Of a stretch of DNA of 64,000 nucleotides, positions 47,488-60,100 are shown piece by piece (position 1 is the first letter of the stretch; every line of letters begins with the position of its first letter). This DNA is from Owenia fusiformis (lineage: Eukaryota), in the NCBI GenBank assembly GCA_903813345.2, contig CAIIXF020000001.1:16182001-16246000 (forward strand), in the 5' to 3' direction. A program made the translations under genes and the position numbers. Below the pieces are notes generated by a model. That model saw only the letters and a program-made list of their open reading frames with translations. It had not been told where the DNA came from and did not search any database.

Positions 47488-48152
47488 TAGATCCTATAGA
47501 GGCTAAAAGTGTTCATATTAGTTCAAATCTTTTTGATTGCTATTTTGAATTTACAATTTGGGTGACCTGGTGATTTTAATTTTAGACAAAAGCTGGGCGA
47601 AAGTTGATGTAATTTCAGTCGATGAACTATTCTCATACCAATTTTTAAAATACCATTACAACATGGTGGTCCACAGGCCATGATTTCTAGCCAAGTTATT
47701 GGGTAGCAACTCAAGTAAGATTATATGCATGCACTTATCCTTGATACAATTTAAGTTTGACTTAGTTTTGTAACTTGGCCTATTTTAAAGAAATGACATC
47801 CAAATATGAAAAATATTATGAAAGTCAGAAGAAAAGTATGTATCTTCCATTGCAATAACTGCGCCCCCCCCCCCCCTTGTCTTTATCCTTCCAAAGTGAA
47901 AAAAAATATTATGTGAGCCCTCTGAATGGTTATCCATGTTGTTATGTCACCACCAGAAGTGGTGACATAATGTTATAGTCTCCAACTTTTTTGTAGATGG
48001 TGCTGTTTGGCAGTTAGTTTTTGGCATCTGTAACAAATAGTAGGTGGTGACATTTTGCATGTTAATGCCTTGTTATTGCTAGTTTCACTTATTGAATTAC
48101 ACTCCATGTTTCCAGATAAAACATTGACATTACAATACTTGAGGCAATAAAG

Positions 48153-51100
48153 ATGGAAGTTACAGAAGAACCTGAGCAATTTACTCCCACTAATGACTCA
48201 ATGGAGACTTACCAAGATGATAACACACCTGGTTGGTAAGTATAGGAACACATGTACAATTCAAAAATGTGTGTGAGACCCCCTGCCCCCACATGGGGAA
48301 CAATAGGAATTTGACACACAGTATTGTCCCAGGGGGTGGGATTTCGATAAAATTTGACTCATTATGTTTTGCTTTAGAGCTTATGAAAATCTTAATAGAG
48401 ATCATTCATCTCACCTGAAATGGGGGCCATAAAACTAATTAAGATTATGACACAATGACAACTAATGGCAGCGGCAATAGAATACTATTTAGCACCTTGT
48501 AATATTTCAACATTTAGGGCAACAATTTAACTATCACAATTAGATTGTTGACTCCTCCCATCCAATGATATCAAAAATGTACAAAATGTAGCAAAATTAG
48601 AGCATATTTCTCAAAACAGGAAGATTTGAAGAGTATCAGAATAGTTGCTTGCAGGCTAGGGAATTTGCAATCTAAATTTTTGTCAAAATCCGCACCTGTT
48701 TCTGCATGGGGTCGTCTCACAAACCTTTGTGTGGTTCATATTAGAATAAAACCTATAGAGTATGTATGTATAATGTGTTCAGTCTGAGGTAAAAGCAAAT
48801 ATTACATCATACATTAATTGAATTAAGAAACAGATATCAGTATAAAATTAATTTTTATTACAGGACAAAGTCTAACATTGAAGGAGATGTAAACTTTGAC
48901 ACCCCTGGCACAGAAGAAGGAATGTATGATGATATACCCGAGGATGCGGATGGCATATTCTCTTATGATAGTGATCCCAATGACAATTTAGCCGACAGTG
49001 GCTCAGATTGTGAAGTGTGTAACAAGTAAGTTAAGATATGTGACCATGACACATCAAATTCTTTCCATTCTATAAAGATTGGAATGGGTCATCTTACAAA
49101 ATGCATGAATACAGGGTGTTCCAAAAATACCAGCACCAGTCCTATTACTTTTGGAAAACCCTGTATGTAAGCATAGGAGCCAAGGAAAGAATAAAGAGAA
49201 AATTACAAAACACGACTGCAAGAAAAAGGAAAGAGTCAAACAATACCTCAGTATCCCAAACTATGATCTAACATGAAGAAGCAATGTCTAACACCCCTCT
49301 CGCACCAAGACATGGAATTAAGAACAAATGAAAACAATATTCACTATCATCCTAGCATTTCATCCCCTATGTGCTTTATATCTTCCCTCATCCAATATAT
49401 CATCTTCATCACCAATTAAAGAAATGTACAATCGCAATCAATTTTCAAAAAGAGGTCATCGCAGGTTGGGATTCTATACTCATTTGAATGATATTCCTCA
49501 GAGATATATTAACAGAAATCTCTCATGATAAACCCATGGTCAGCATGATCTGATAACCTCAGTCAGATATCATATGGTCCCTCCATGTGCATAACATCTA
49601 TCTAATGCAGTAGTTTATCACACTATACCTCAACTTTTAATTCGTGAATATTGATTTAATGTTTCCATTTAATTTTTGTAGCAATATAGATGGCGACCAT
49701 CCTAAAACTCCAGATCAGAAATTCACACGCCAGGAACAGTTACGCATGATGCATCTCCGTAAATACCTTGATCAGCTCACGGAGAAAGTACTCAAGAAAG
49801 ATTATGCGGTTCAAAAAACTAGGTATGTTATGCATGGTGTTTTTTCAGATAGATGTCTCACAATTTGATAATCCATTTGATTAATATGTAGAACCATTTT
49901 ATCACAGACTTATAAAACAATTTTCCAAGGTTTGAAAATTCATTTATTGTTTGCGATTTGAAGGTGCAATAATTACACATTTCAATCTTGGTTAGATTAT
50001 GATTTTATACCTCAGGACAAATGCAACATTAATTAATTCACTGTTAAATAGATGTCACTGGATTAAATGCAATGATTTACCTGTGTTCCAAATGGGCCTC
50101 GTTCCAGGCCTCATCTAAACATTTGCTGTGCTAAAAGGGATGACTTTCGGGCCTTTTAACTGTGTTGAGTGAAATTAATTCATGTGGACAATGATATGCA
50201 CATACATGTTTGGTCTACTTTACAACCCAAATCCGGAATGATGAGTAGAATTAATCTTCATTTTCATCATTACTTTTTCAAAATTCAGTCAAAGTAACAT
50301 ATTTTAATTATTTTACTGAATGCATTGAAATGGTATGTAATGATCAAACTCAAAAAAGTTAGATGGCACTTCATCCAATAAATTTTTTGATTGTATGATC
50401 TGTAAAATGAAGCCCTCTGATTGGTCAGTTCTTGTGCTGTACCATTCTGTATTGCAGAGCTGTCAAGTGTCCCGCGAATGGCGGGATTTTCCCGCGAATT
50501 TGATCAAAATTTGGCTAATTCGCGTGTCCCGCAATGTCCCGCAAATGTCGGCTTTAACCTCCGCGAATTTTCAAAATTGTAACAATCCCCGAGGCTAAAT
50601 AATTGTGACTATCTTGTGATATGAGAAGCTAAGTTTTTTCGCTTTTGAGGAGTAAAGTTTACCTAATATGAAAAGTGCTGCAAAACTCCTAGTGCATCGA
50701 TCATCGAAGACTGCTTTTGGAAAGGGCATACATATACTGTGATTTTGATCCAAATAACACCATAGTTGGCTTATCAAGTACCTAGTATGCCCTTATTTGG
50801 TATCCAAATAAAGAGGAAGAGAGTGCATTTTCATTTTAATTACGAAAATTGGGATGTTTGTCACGAATAGTTCCAACGTTGGCCTTTTTACTACGCGTGT
50901 CACAGCGTGGCAAAGCCTTCATCTCATTGAGCAAATGTTAGCAAACGCGAGTTCCAATAAATGGACAATGATATTTCGAAAAGAAACCTGACTCTCTATA
51001 ATTTGATGTAGATTAATCGAACCCCTATATGAATAGGTACATTTTAATATATAACACTATGGGGGGGAGGGGGGGGGTAAATGTTTCATAGTAGGTCACG

Positions 51101-54100
51101 AACGCCATAAGTGCAAAGTATTGTTCAGAATTTTTGAATTTCGTGTTGGATTACGTCACACCTAAAGCGTGTTTTTTGATAGTTTAATAATATTTCTATG
51201 CGTATTGTGTAGAATTGTGTTGACGTTTACTAAAGTTAAGTGCATTATATTTGATAAATCAGTATCTGAAAGTTGATTTGAGTACTTTTACATTAAGCCC
51301 CAATCACGCAAATCCCTTGAATGTCCTGCGGCATCCCGCAAATTTAGGTGGATGTCCCGCAAAATCCCGCGAATTTAGGGCACTTTGTCTTTAAAAATCT
51401 GTCCCTCTATGAAGTCTTTGGTGGTTACCCTGTTAACTGTTCCGTAATTAGCGTGCTTGTCTTTCGAATGGTCCCGCGAAATCCCGCTAATTTGATCAAA
51501 ATTTAGCGCAATCACGCGAATCCCTTAAATGTCCCGCGAAATCCCGCGAATTTAGGTGGATGTCCCGCAAAATCCCGCAAATTCTTGGCACTGGGTCTAA
51601 AAAATCTGTCCCGCGAGAAAATCTTTGGGGGTTGACAGTACTGGTATTGCTACTGAGATTGTCCCGGTTGATCATCTCCTTCGCAATACAGAAAATATTG
51701 TTACAGAGTGGACAATCTCAGTAGCAATACAGAGGACCACACGATAAGAACAATATTGAATGATTTGAAGTGCAATACAGGATATATTCTGTCTCGATAT
51801 TTTGTGAATAATAATCTTATCCAAATCTTATCCAAAAGGGTGACTTTCTGTATGGTTGAATGTTTACTGACAATTCAGAAATATTAAATAATACAAATAT
51901 TTGCAAACATCCATCATTTTATTATGAATACTTGCAGCACAATACATGTCTCCATCTGTTATTAATTACAATTAAATGTACCATACTTCATCACTTGGAT
52001 AAATACTTGCACTGTTTATTAGGAATACATGCACTACCGTTACTATAATCAGTATATACCCACATGTGCAGTGGGAATCTATAAGCTCAGAGCAATGTTA
52101 GTCTGCTGTCTCATATTATAATACACCAACATCGTCATGATTATTATATTGATAAAGCAATGCTAGAAATTGATTCCTTTACAACATTGTAAATCATTGG
52201 CCATGTTAATATGTATTGATTAACACTAAACATTGAATACTCATTCTCATCAACACATGTTGTATGCACTACAAACTACTTAGACCATCTTACATAATAA
52301 TAAGGCATATACTTAACATAAAATACACGCAGTGTTCCTTAAAAATAATTTGACTTTAGTTTTGCATGTACATTGTAGTCTGCAGTATTGAGAAAACCTT
52401 TACATTTTTTCAGATCTGAGTTAAAAAATCAATTTTTACTTTCATTTTCATCAGAGCATCTGTAAATTGAACACTGTATGCAAAGCATTTTAAATGCAAA
52501 TCAGCTATGCTCAAAATGATCATAATTGGACGAACAAAAATCAGCTAAAAAAGCTTGGAGCATTTTGCTAATGCACATGTATTCATCTTGCTCTGATGTG
52601 CATTTGCATAAGGTATATGTTTCTTGTACATGCATTATATACGGTATGTTGTTTCTTGACTTCCTGCACTCATTTTGGAGTTTAGTATTTTAGCTTACTT
52701 ATTGAATCATTCTCCTCTTATACTGAACCTGTTCAACTAAAGATTAAAAAAAATCGAAATAGAATTTTCTAGAATAATTTGGCGCAATATAGAAGTTCAC
52801 ACTTTTATAATGTCTAATCCATTACCATTTATCTGACATTATATTAGCATGGTGATAGAAATTGAAGATAATCTCTAGTTTAAAATATTTTACATCAAAA
52901 TCATGTTTCATAATAGTTGCCATAAGTAGGCAGTATTGTTCACTTCAGAGAGGGTGATTTTCTGAATGCTCTTCACTATTAATAGTTAATTATTAGTAGT
53001 TTTATTTGCCAATAACTAGATAATAAATCTCGGTGCATCACTTCTGTCCGGTATCACCTTCATATAGGCACTGTTAATAAAATCTCACTATTGTTACATG
53101 TATTTATAAGCTTTTATGCAATGATTCCCAGAATCTGCAACAATGGTATGATTAGGTGGCGCTATTGCCAGTCCCCTGGGCCACATCATACGTTCACTTG
53201 TGCTCTCTAACTGTCCTACAAAGGTCCCTTCCATTGTGAACACCTTAACACTTGAGTCAGACCAATCACACACCAAGACATGGCCGTGAGGGTCAGCAGC
53301 GACTCCATTAGGACTCTTCAGCTGGAACTTATCATTGCCATTAAACTGGTTTAAAAATGTGCCATCTTTGGTTAAAACTTGTATTCGGTGGTTATCAGAA
53401 TCTGAGACTATAATCTCATCATTGGGGCCTACACACACTGCCTTTGGGAGCCTGAATTGTCCTGGGATTGACCCACCTCCTGTTTTACCTATAGTCTTCA
53501 GCACAGATCCTTTCCTCGTAAGGATGAAGATTTTGTGTTGGGCAAGGTCTGATGCAATGATATGTTGCAAGCTGTTGATAGCAACACCATGGACTTGTTT
53601 TAAGGATTTACTACTCACTTGCTGTAGGAGATGCCCCTGTGGCCCATAGAATGTTATTGTGTTGCATGATTTCAAGTTCCACATGTTCTGCTTGTATACA
53701 TAGATGGCCTTGTTGCATACTAGTTCATTAAGGCCAGTTGCAACTAAGGCACTTGCAGTAATCATTTCTGTTTGGCTTATTCGCTTACCTATTGGAAATG
53801 AGTGGAGGTAATCTCCGGATGCTCCAAACCACTGCACAGTATGATTTCCAAAATCTGCAACAAATATGTCGCCGTTTTTGCCTACAGCAACTGCTGCAGG
53901 GCCATCAAACTTCTTTGGCCCAATCCCCTGTTCTCCTACTTTCAACAGTGGATTATTTGGCTTCACTGTAAATGGGTTTTCAATCCGACTTGTGGTCTTC
54001 CCTTTGAAGTCTATGAACAGTTTATGTTTGCCACTCTTCATTGGCCTAAAGTGAAGATAGTATGCATCGTTACCTTCAGTGACTCTACTCTTGACATGTT

Positions 54101-57100
54101 CACCATTGGAATCCTTTATCATAACATTGATCTTTGCACCTTCTGGTAGGACCAGCTTGATGGAAGTAGCAAGGCAGGCTGTGGGGGGTTTGGCCTGGAT
54201 TGCCACAAACCTTCCCAGGTCTTTTACAGTAGTATCAAATAGCTCCTTACTAGTGGAAGCATCGAGTTGTAGAGAGTGTTTAGAATGCTGCCTCCTAGCA
54301 GCCTTACGTAATGCATCGGTCATATCATTTAGTGCGAGAGCATTGCTGGTTGTGTTAGATAAGATCTCATCTAAGATATTGTTCTGTAGTGCTGTGTTGG
54401 AGTTCTTCATTGCAATGTTAACATGGGTCGATAACTCCTTTATTTGGTTGAGATCACTCTGTACTGCCTCAGATTGACTCCCATATACTGCTTTGATTTT
54501 ATCCTTAATTATCTGACGTTGATTTTGGAGCTTTTGTTCAAATTCATCAAACAGGTCATTAATGCTTTGTGTCATTGACAGTTCAGTTGTAGCCATGTTG
54601 CTTAGCTCATTGCGTAGGCTAGTTATAGTATCATCAGCATCTACAACAACCTGCGAGGCTTGCCCTATCTGTTCCTGAAGGGTATGTTTGTTGTCAATAA
54701 GAGCTTGTTTTGTTTCAATAATCACATGTCCCTGTGTCTCATTATGTGCTCTTGCTGTGCAGTCTCTGCACACTGTCTCATTGCATGTCTTACAGAATAA
54801 CACCAGTCGTCTATCTGGGTGGACCTTGCAGTAATCTCCACCACCTTTCTTCTGTCTCTGTAAAGACTTTATATACACAATATAATAGTTTGTTTGTAAT
54901 TCATCAATGCCTCTCTCTCCCATGACAATCTTCTTACGACATGATGGGCAGTGGATAAAGTTCTTCGTGCCCAGTAGTCGTACAAGGCATGTCTTGCAAT
55001 AGCTGTGGCCATGTTGGCATGGGAGGAGCTTAGGCTGGTGCTCTCTGTCATCGTAGTCATGCATACATATCGAACAGGAGCTGAAGCTACCTCCTTCCTC
55101 TGCAACATCGGGGGAAAGTCTGCTCATTTCGTCACATCAGATCTTGACCTAGAAATACATATAATCATAAAATTACAATTTGGTAGAATATTTCTGTATG
55201 TCATTAAATCTATATCAAAAAGTCAGTTGTTATCAATATGCTGATAAAGAAGATTATGTACATATTAGCATTTTCTAAAGATATTATTTTTATCCATCCT
55301 TCATCTGTGTGCTATATGCTTGTTGAGTGTATACTCCATACCTTGCAGTGATAGACTGCTTCAACAACAAACTCAATATTATCATTTATATATACTGCAG
55401 ATGGATATAACATTAATAGCTGATGGCTTCTACTGTCTCATTATTTAGACATGATCCAGTGCTGCCTGTATTAATAATTGTGTGGTTTCATATTGTGTAT
55501 GAGACTATTTAATACCTGTATGATTAATCTTGATTTTATGTGTCTATGTTCTCATATGTCATTCCTAGCTTCTAGGTTTACTTTTATACTCTGAATACAT
55601 AGTATCACAGTCTACACCCACTAGAAAGAATCACGATTATTTGATCAGTTTTTTCATCTATAGACTCTTGTTTACAAAGACTCTTTTATTTTTGACAAAT
55701 ATGTGTACAGTAACTCAATTCAGTAAAAAATTAGAAAGATATGTTGTATTGAGATATGGCACAGCGACCTTATGGGGTATGGTTTTATTCAGTTTTATTC
55801 TTAGAGCAAGTTTACCATTCATGAAAGTTTGATTAGAAAAAGTTTAAGTTTATTTGCATTTTACGAGGATACCAGTGCAAATTATTCTTAATATTGTTGA
55901 ATATAGTGCCGGATAATTGGGTGATCAGATGCCTCACTGATTTTGGTTTTCTATCAAATACCTCTCATTCATTATATAAATTGCAATAATGAGGCAGGCA
56001 AGCAGAACTGTCACATGTAATATACTTCTCAAGCTGCATAATCCATTGTTAATGGTTATCAGAATTCTAGTCTTGATGGGGCTATGTAATGAAGGTGCAC
56101 TCTAGTTTATCATGTCCTCTTTGAGAAGGTTGCACTATTCCTTATAATTAGAAATGATTCACCAACCTTTACTGAAATTTTTAAAGAAATGTCAAATGTT
56201 GCATTCATCAAAATTATAAGGTTTTAAAGGGATCTTGCTTAGGCTGTTTAAAAAGATTGAATCAAATTTAGTTGTTCTAGACAAATGACAACTTTATATT
56301 CTCTCATCAAATGGAATTCAAGGGTATCATTGCTGTTAGTGTATTTGTTATTAAAGTCATACTTTGACGCAATATTGTTGTCTGCTATCATATACCATTT
56401 ATCATTCATGTCATGTTGATATCACTAGCCATTGTTTTTCCATAATAGGTAGTCAGCTTATACATCACACATCAATTTAGAAGACCTGCTTGATCAATTA
56501 ATTATTGAAGGGGGATATTTGCCATCGCTTACCATCAATAAAATATATAGTCCCATAACAATAGCACTGCAGATCTGTGTTTTTGCAATGTACAGTTCGG
56601 ATCAAAATGGTGAGTTCTCACACATCCCGTTGCACTTAAGACATACATATTATACCTGTCCAGTGTATGAATGTTTTCAAGTACATGCACTGCATGATCA
56701 TAATTTGGTTCATATTTATCCTTTTGTTAAGATCCTGGAACCCACAAAAGGACCCAGTGGCCTCATTAATATTTTGGCAACATTTAGATCTCAACTATAT
56801 AATGAATTAATTTCAAAGGATTTTGGGGTTTGTTATGATCTGTTATGACAGGTAAAATACTTTAAATCAGGATGTCTTTATAATACTGAACATAACTCCA
56901 CTTCATTTTTCGTCTACATGCAGAGCTAGATAACCCATGAATATTTTCTCAACTGAATTCAAACTATTCATTAACACATTGATAATTTTCATAGTGTATA
57001 ACAATTTATGTGAACTCATATTTTCATGGTCTTTCATTTTTGGGATAGAATTTTGTGTAAATGCTTTACGGAATCTATTTCTAAATCAACTTACCACCTT

Positions 57101-60100
57101 GAATATAATCCTGATTCATCTGTCACAAGTAAATCTCAACATACTCAAATGATTATAAAAACCACAAACCTATCAAATGAAATACCTTTTTTTCCTGCTG
57201 TTATAGCCTAATGATCTTATTTGTATCTAAGCTCTGTGTATGTGTACATCCATATGAATTTGAAAACTGAATTTGGTTATAAGTGCTTTATCCTTATTCG
57301 TGTTCTCATTTGTATTGACAAAAAAATACCCTAACCTTTTAACCTGGTTTTATAGGTAAATGCGTCCTTATGTGTTTATGTTTTAAGCCTCAGCCAATAG
57401 GTAACATTCTATTTGAATTAGTAATAGTTGTATGTTCATTTACATAGGATTTCTTTTATTCAGCATACCTGCTTCCTTTGTATACCAACAAGTACAATTT
57501 TGGATTTAAAGATTAGTAGGTTTCATTCCCTAACACTTGATTTAAGACCAAGCTATATACACATAGACTAATCTGTAATTACAGTTTTCTATACAATTTG
57601 ACTAGAAACCTTACTAATCCATATATCACTGTACTCCTCAAGGGCATACTTACTTTAAATCAATATATGATCTAATTCCCAGGTCTAATTCATTAAACAA
57701 ATGGATTTGTAAATGTTCTGTAACGGAACAAGATTTATTTTTGGATTAAACATTAGACATGTTCGAGAGAAGCAAATTGCAAACCAAGCACCTGCCATAA
57801 TGGTAGTGGGTGATATTGGTAGAGAGACTATTGACTCATATATGTCTTAAATTGTAGCATAATTTCTGGTTGTCCAAATGAATTCATATTTGAGTGGAGC
57901 AGCTGGGAAGATAAGTGGGTGGAAATCTAGGTCATTCCAACACCATCAAATAAATAAGAAAATGTCCATTGTCCAGTTTATGGATGAAAATCTAGGTCAC
58001 TGGAACCTTTTATCACTGATATTATGACCATTTTTAAATTTTATTTCAAACTGATATTTTTACAAAATCAGTGCAACCTCAGCTTACACTTAACATAGAC
58101 ATAAGTATTCTTTTATGAATTTGATTATTTGAAATAATATATGTAACATGCTTTTAACGAAACTGATTCATACATTTGTGGTTAACCATCATACCTAATG
58201 CATGTGTTGATTGGAGGTATTAAAGGAGTCAGTGAGGCGTGACCAATAAAGATACAAGTAAAATGACCTGGGGTAGATAAGTAATGATCATATTACTTAA
58301 AGTGTAACCATATTACCATGTGCATTTCTCATAATAATATGCTGCGAGTCATACTTACCAGTTATATGTGCCAATATATCTCTTATCTCTGTATTCATCT
58401 GATTTATATAATTAGACAAAGGCTGCCCATTGGCATTGGTTTAATTATCAAGGGACCAAGCCTGGTCCATAATTTACCTGCTTTGAATAATTCCAAACTA
58501 AAATGCCAATTAATCAGATTGGAACAATTTTCAGCTGCAACGAGACCAAAGTAAACTGGAGAGAAACTAACTAAAGAAGGAAACTCAAGAATATGTTACA
58601 TGTCAGATATCTTAAACATTTTTCTTCTCTGACATGTTTTACAGCCTTGTTCAAGTTCATGATTTTTAGGACGATTATTTTTGTGCATATTTAAAAAACA
58701 GTCATGAACCTGCTCAGCCCTCGGGTCACTGTTCTATAATAATTGACACGTCAACTCTGGAACTAACTTAAACATTTATAACTCTTTCAAAAATAAAATG
58801 TATTTCCTATGCCTGCAACTGAATATTTTTACTTGAACCTCCAGCTAATAAGTTCCAATGATCATTAATGTCTATTACTTTGGACCATAAAAAAGAACAA
58901 AGGAATTCATTGACTTAATTGTGGCTATTGTTTTAGTGTTTCCATTTTGTGTCCCTATTGCTACTCTTTTACATGTACAAATTGTATATGTATTAATTGT
59001 CTTTTTAAGAATTGGATTCTGTATCAAACCCTCAGTCTTGTTAAACATTTTCCTCCATACAAATAATGTCTCATTGTGATATTCGCTGAATAAATTGTGA
59101 CATGGTTCAATAGACTCACTAGAACCTACAGTAGCTTAGATGTATCATACAGGAGTAGATGATTAAGTTGAGGTAACTGAAGTTGTTGGTTGTCCTCCAG
59201 GATGAAGAAGAGATCCTTAGTTGTCCCATACAGGCTCTAATAGAATGGAATATACAACAGAACCATCAAGTACAGAAAGAATATCTAGTACCATTGTACC
59301 ATGTCCCTTAACTTGTTCTTCTCTCGTCAATTATTTATGCGCATTAGGTAATCTTACTGGTCAAGAACAAGGTAATGGGGTTTTACGACGAATAGTTGTT
59401 GTCAATTTTTAATATTTTTAGTTTTCATCAAATTAAACCAATTACCCAAATGCGAGTAGGCAGTTACCAGTTTCACCACCAGGTGGCTGATTCGGGTCAA
59501 TTAACATGGCAGGTATATAAGAAAGTTCCCTTAAACTTGAATATTATCAATGTAAGTGGCTCAATTTTCATATAACCCTTATGTGTCTAATACTTATACT
59601 ACTGAAAATATGTCCAGTAAAGCAAAATATTATCTGTCCACTAATTTTTAATGACGTAAATCAAGATTATTTCTACTCGCATGTGGGTTATTGGCAATGT
59701 TCAGCAAATATGTTTGAATTAATAGTAGAAGCAAATTGTGTTTTACAGCATGCATTCATACATTTGTGAAGGTCAATGAAAAGATAAATGTTACAAATGA
59801 ATAATAGAGAAGTTGGGGCATCAACTGTTTTATGGATGTTATATGTTGAGAAATAAATACTTTGTGAAATAATTAATTTAATTATACATAATGATTATGA
59901 ATACATCTGCTCATGAAATATGCCTGGTTTATTATATGTTATACATTGTAATTGTAATACATATATATTATAAGACCAGTATATTGTACACACAATATAT
60001 TATCACCTTTGAGTGAAGGGGAAGTAAAAAATCAATAGATAGTATTTGGTTTCATCAAAATTAATTGGAAGAATCCAGGGATGTCCCTTACAGTTATTGA

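Noticed and set aside
53335-55244. Several + strand and alternative-frame ORFs overlapping the TRIM gene
   Set aside because: Antisense or shadow ORFs of a real CDS, with no recognisable domains.
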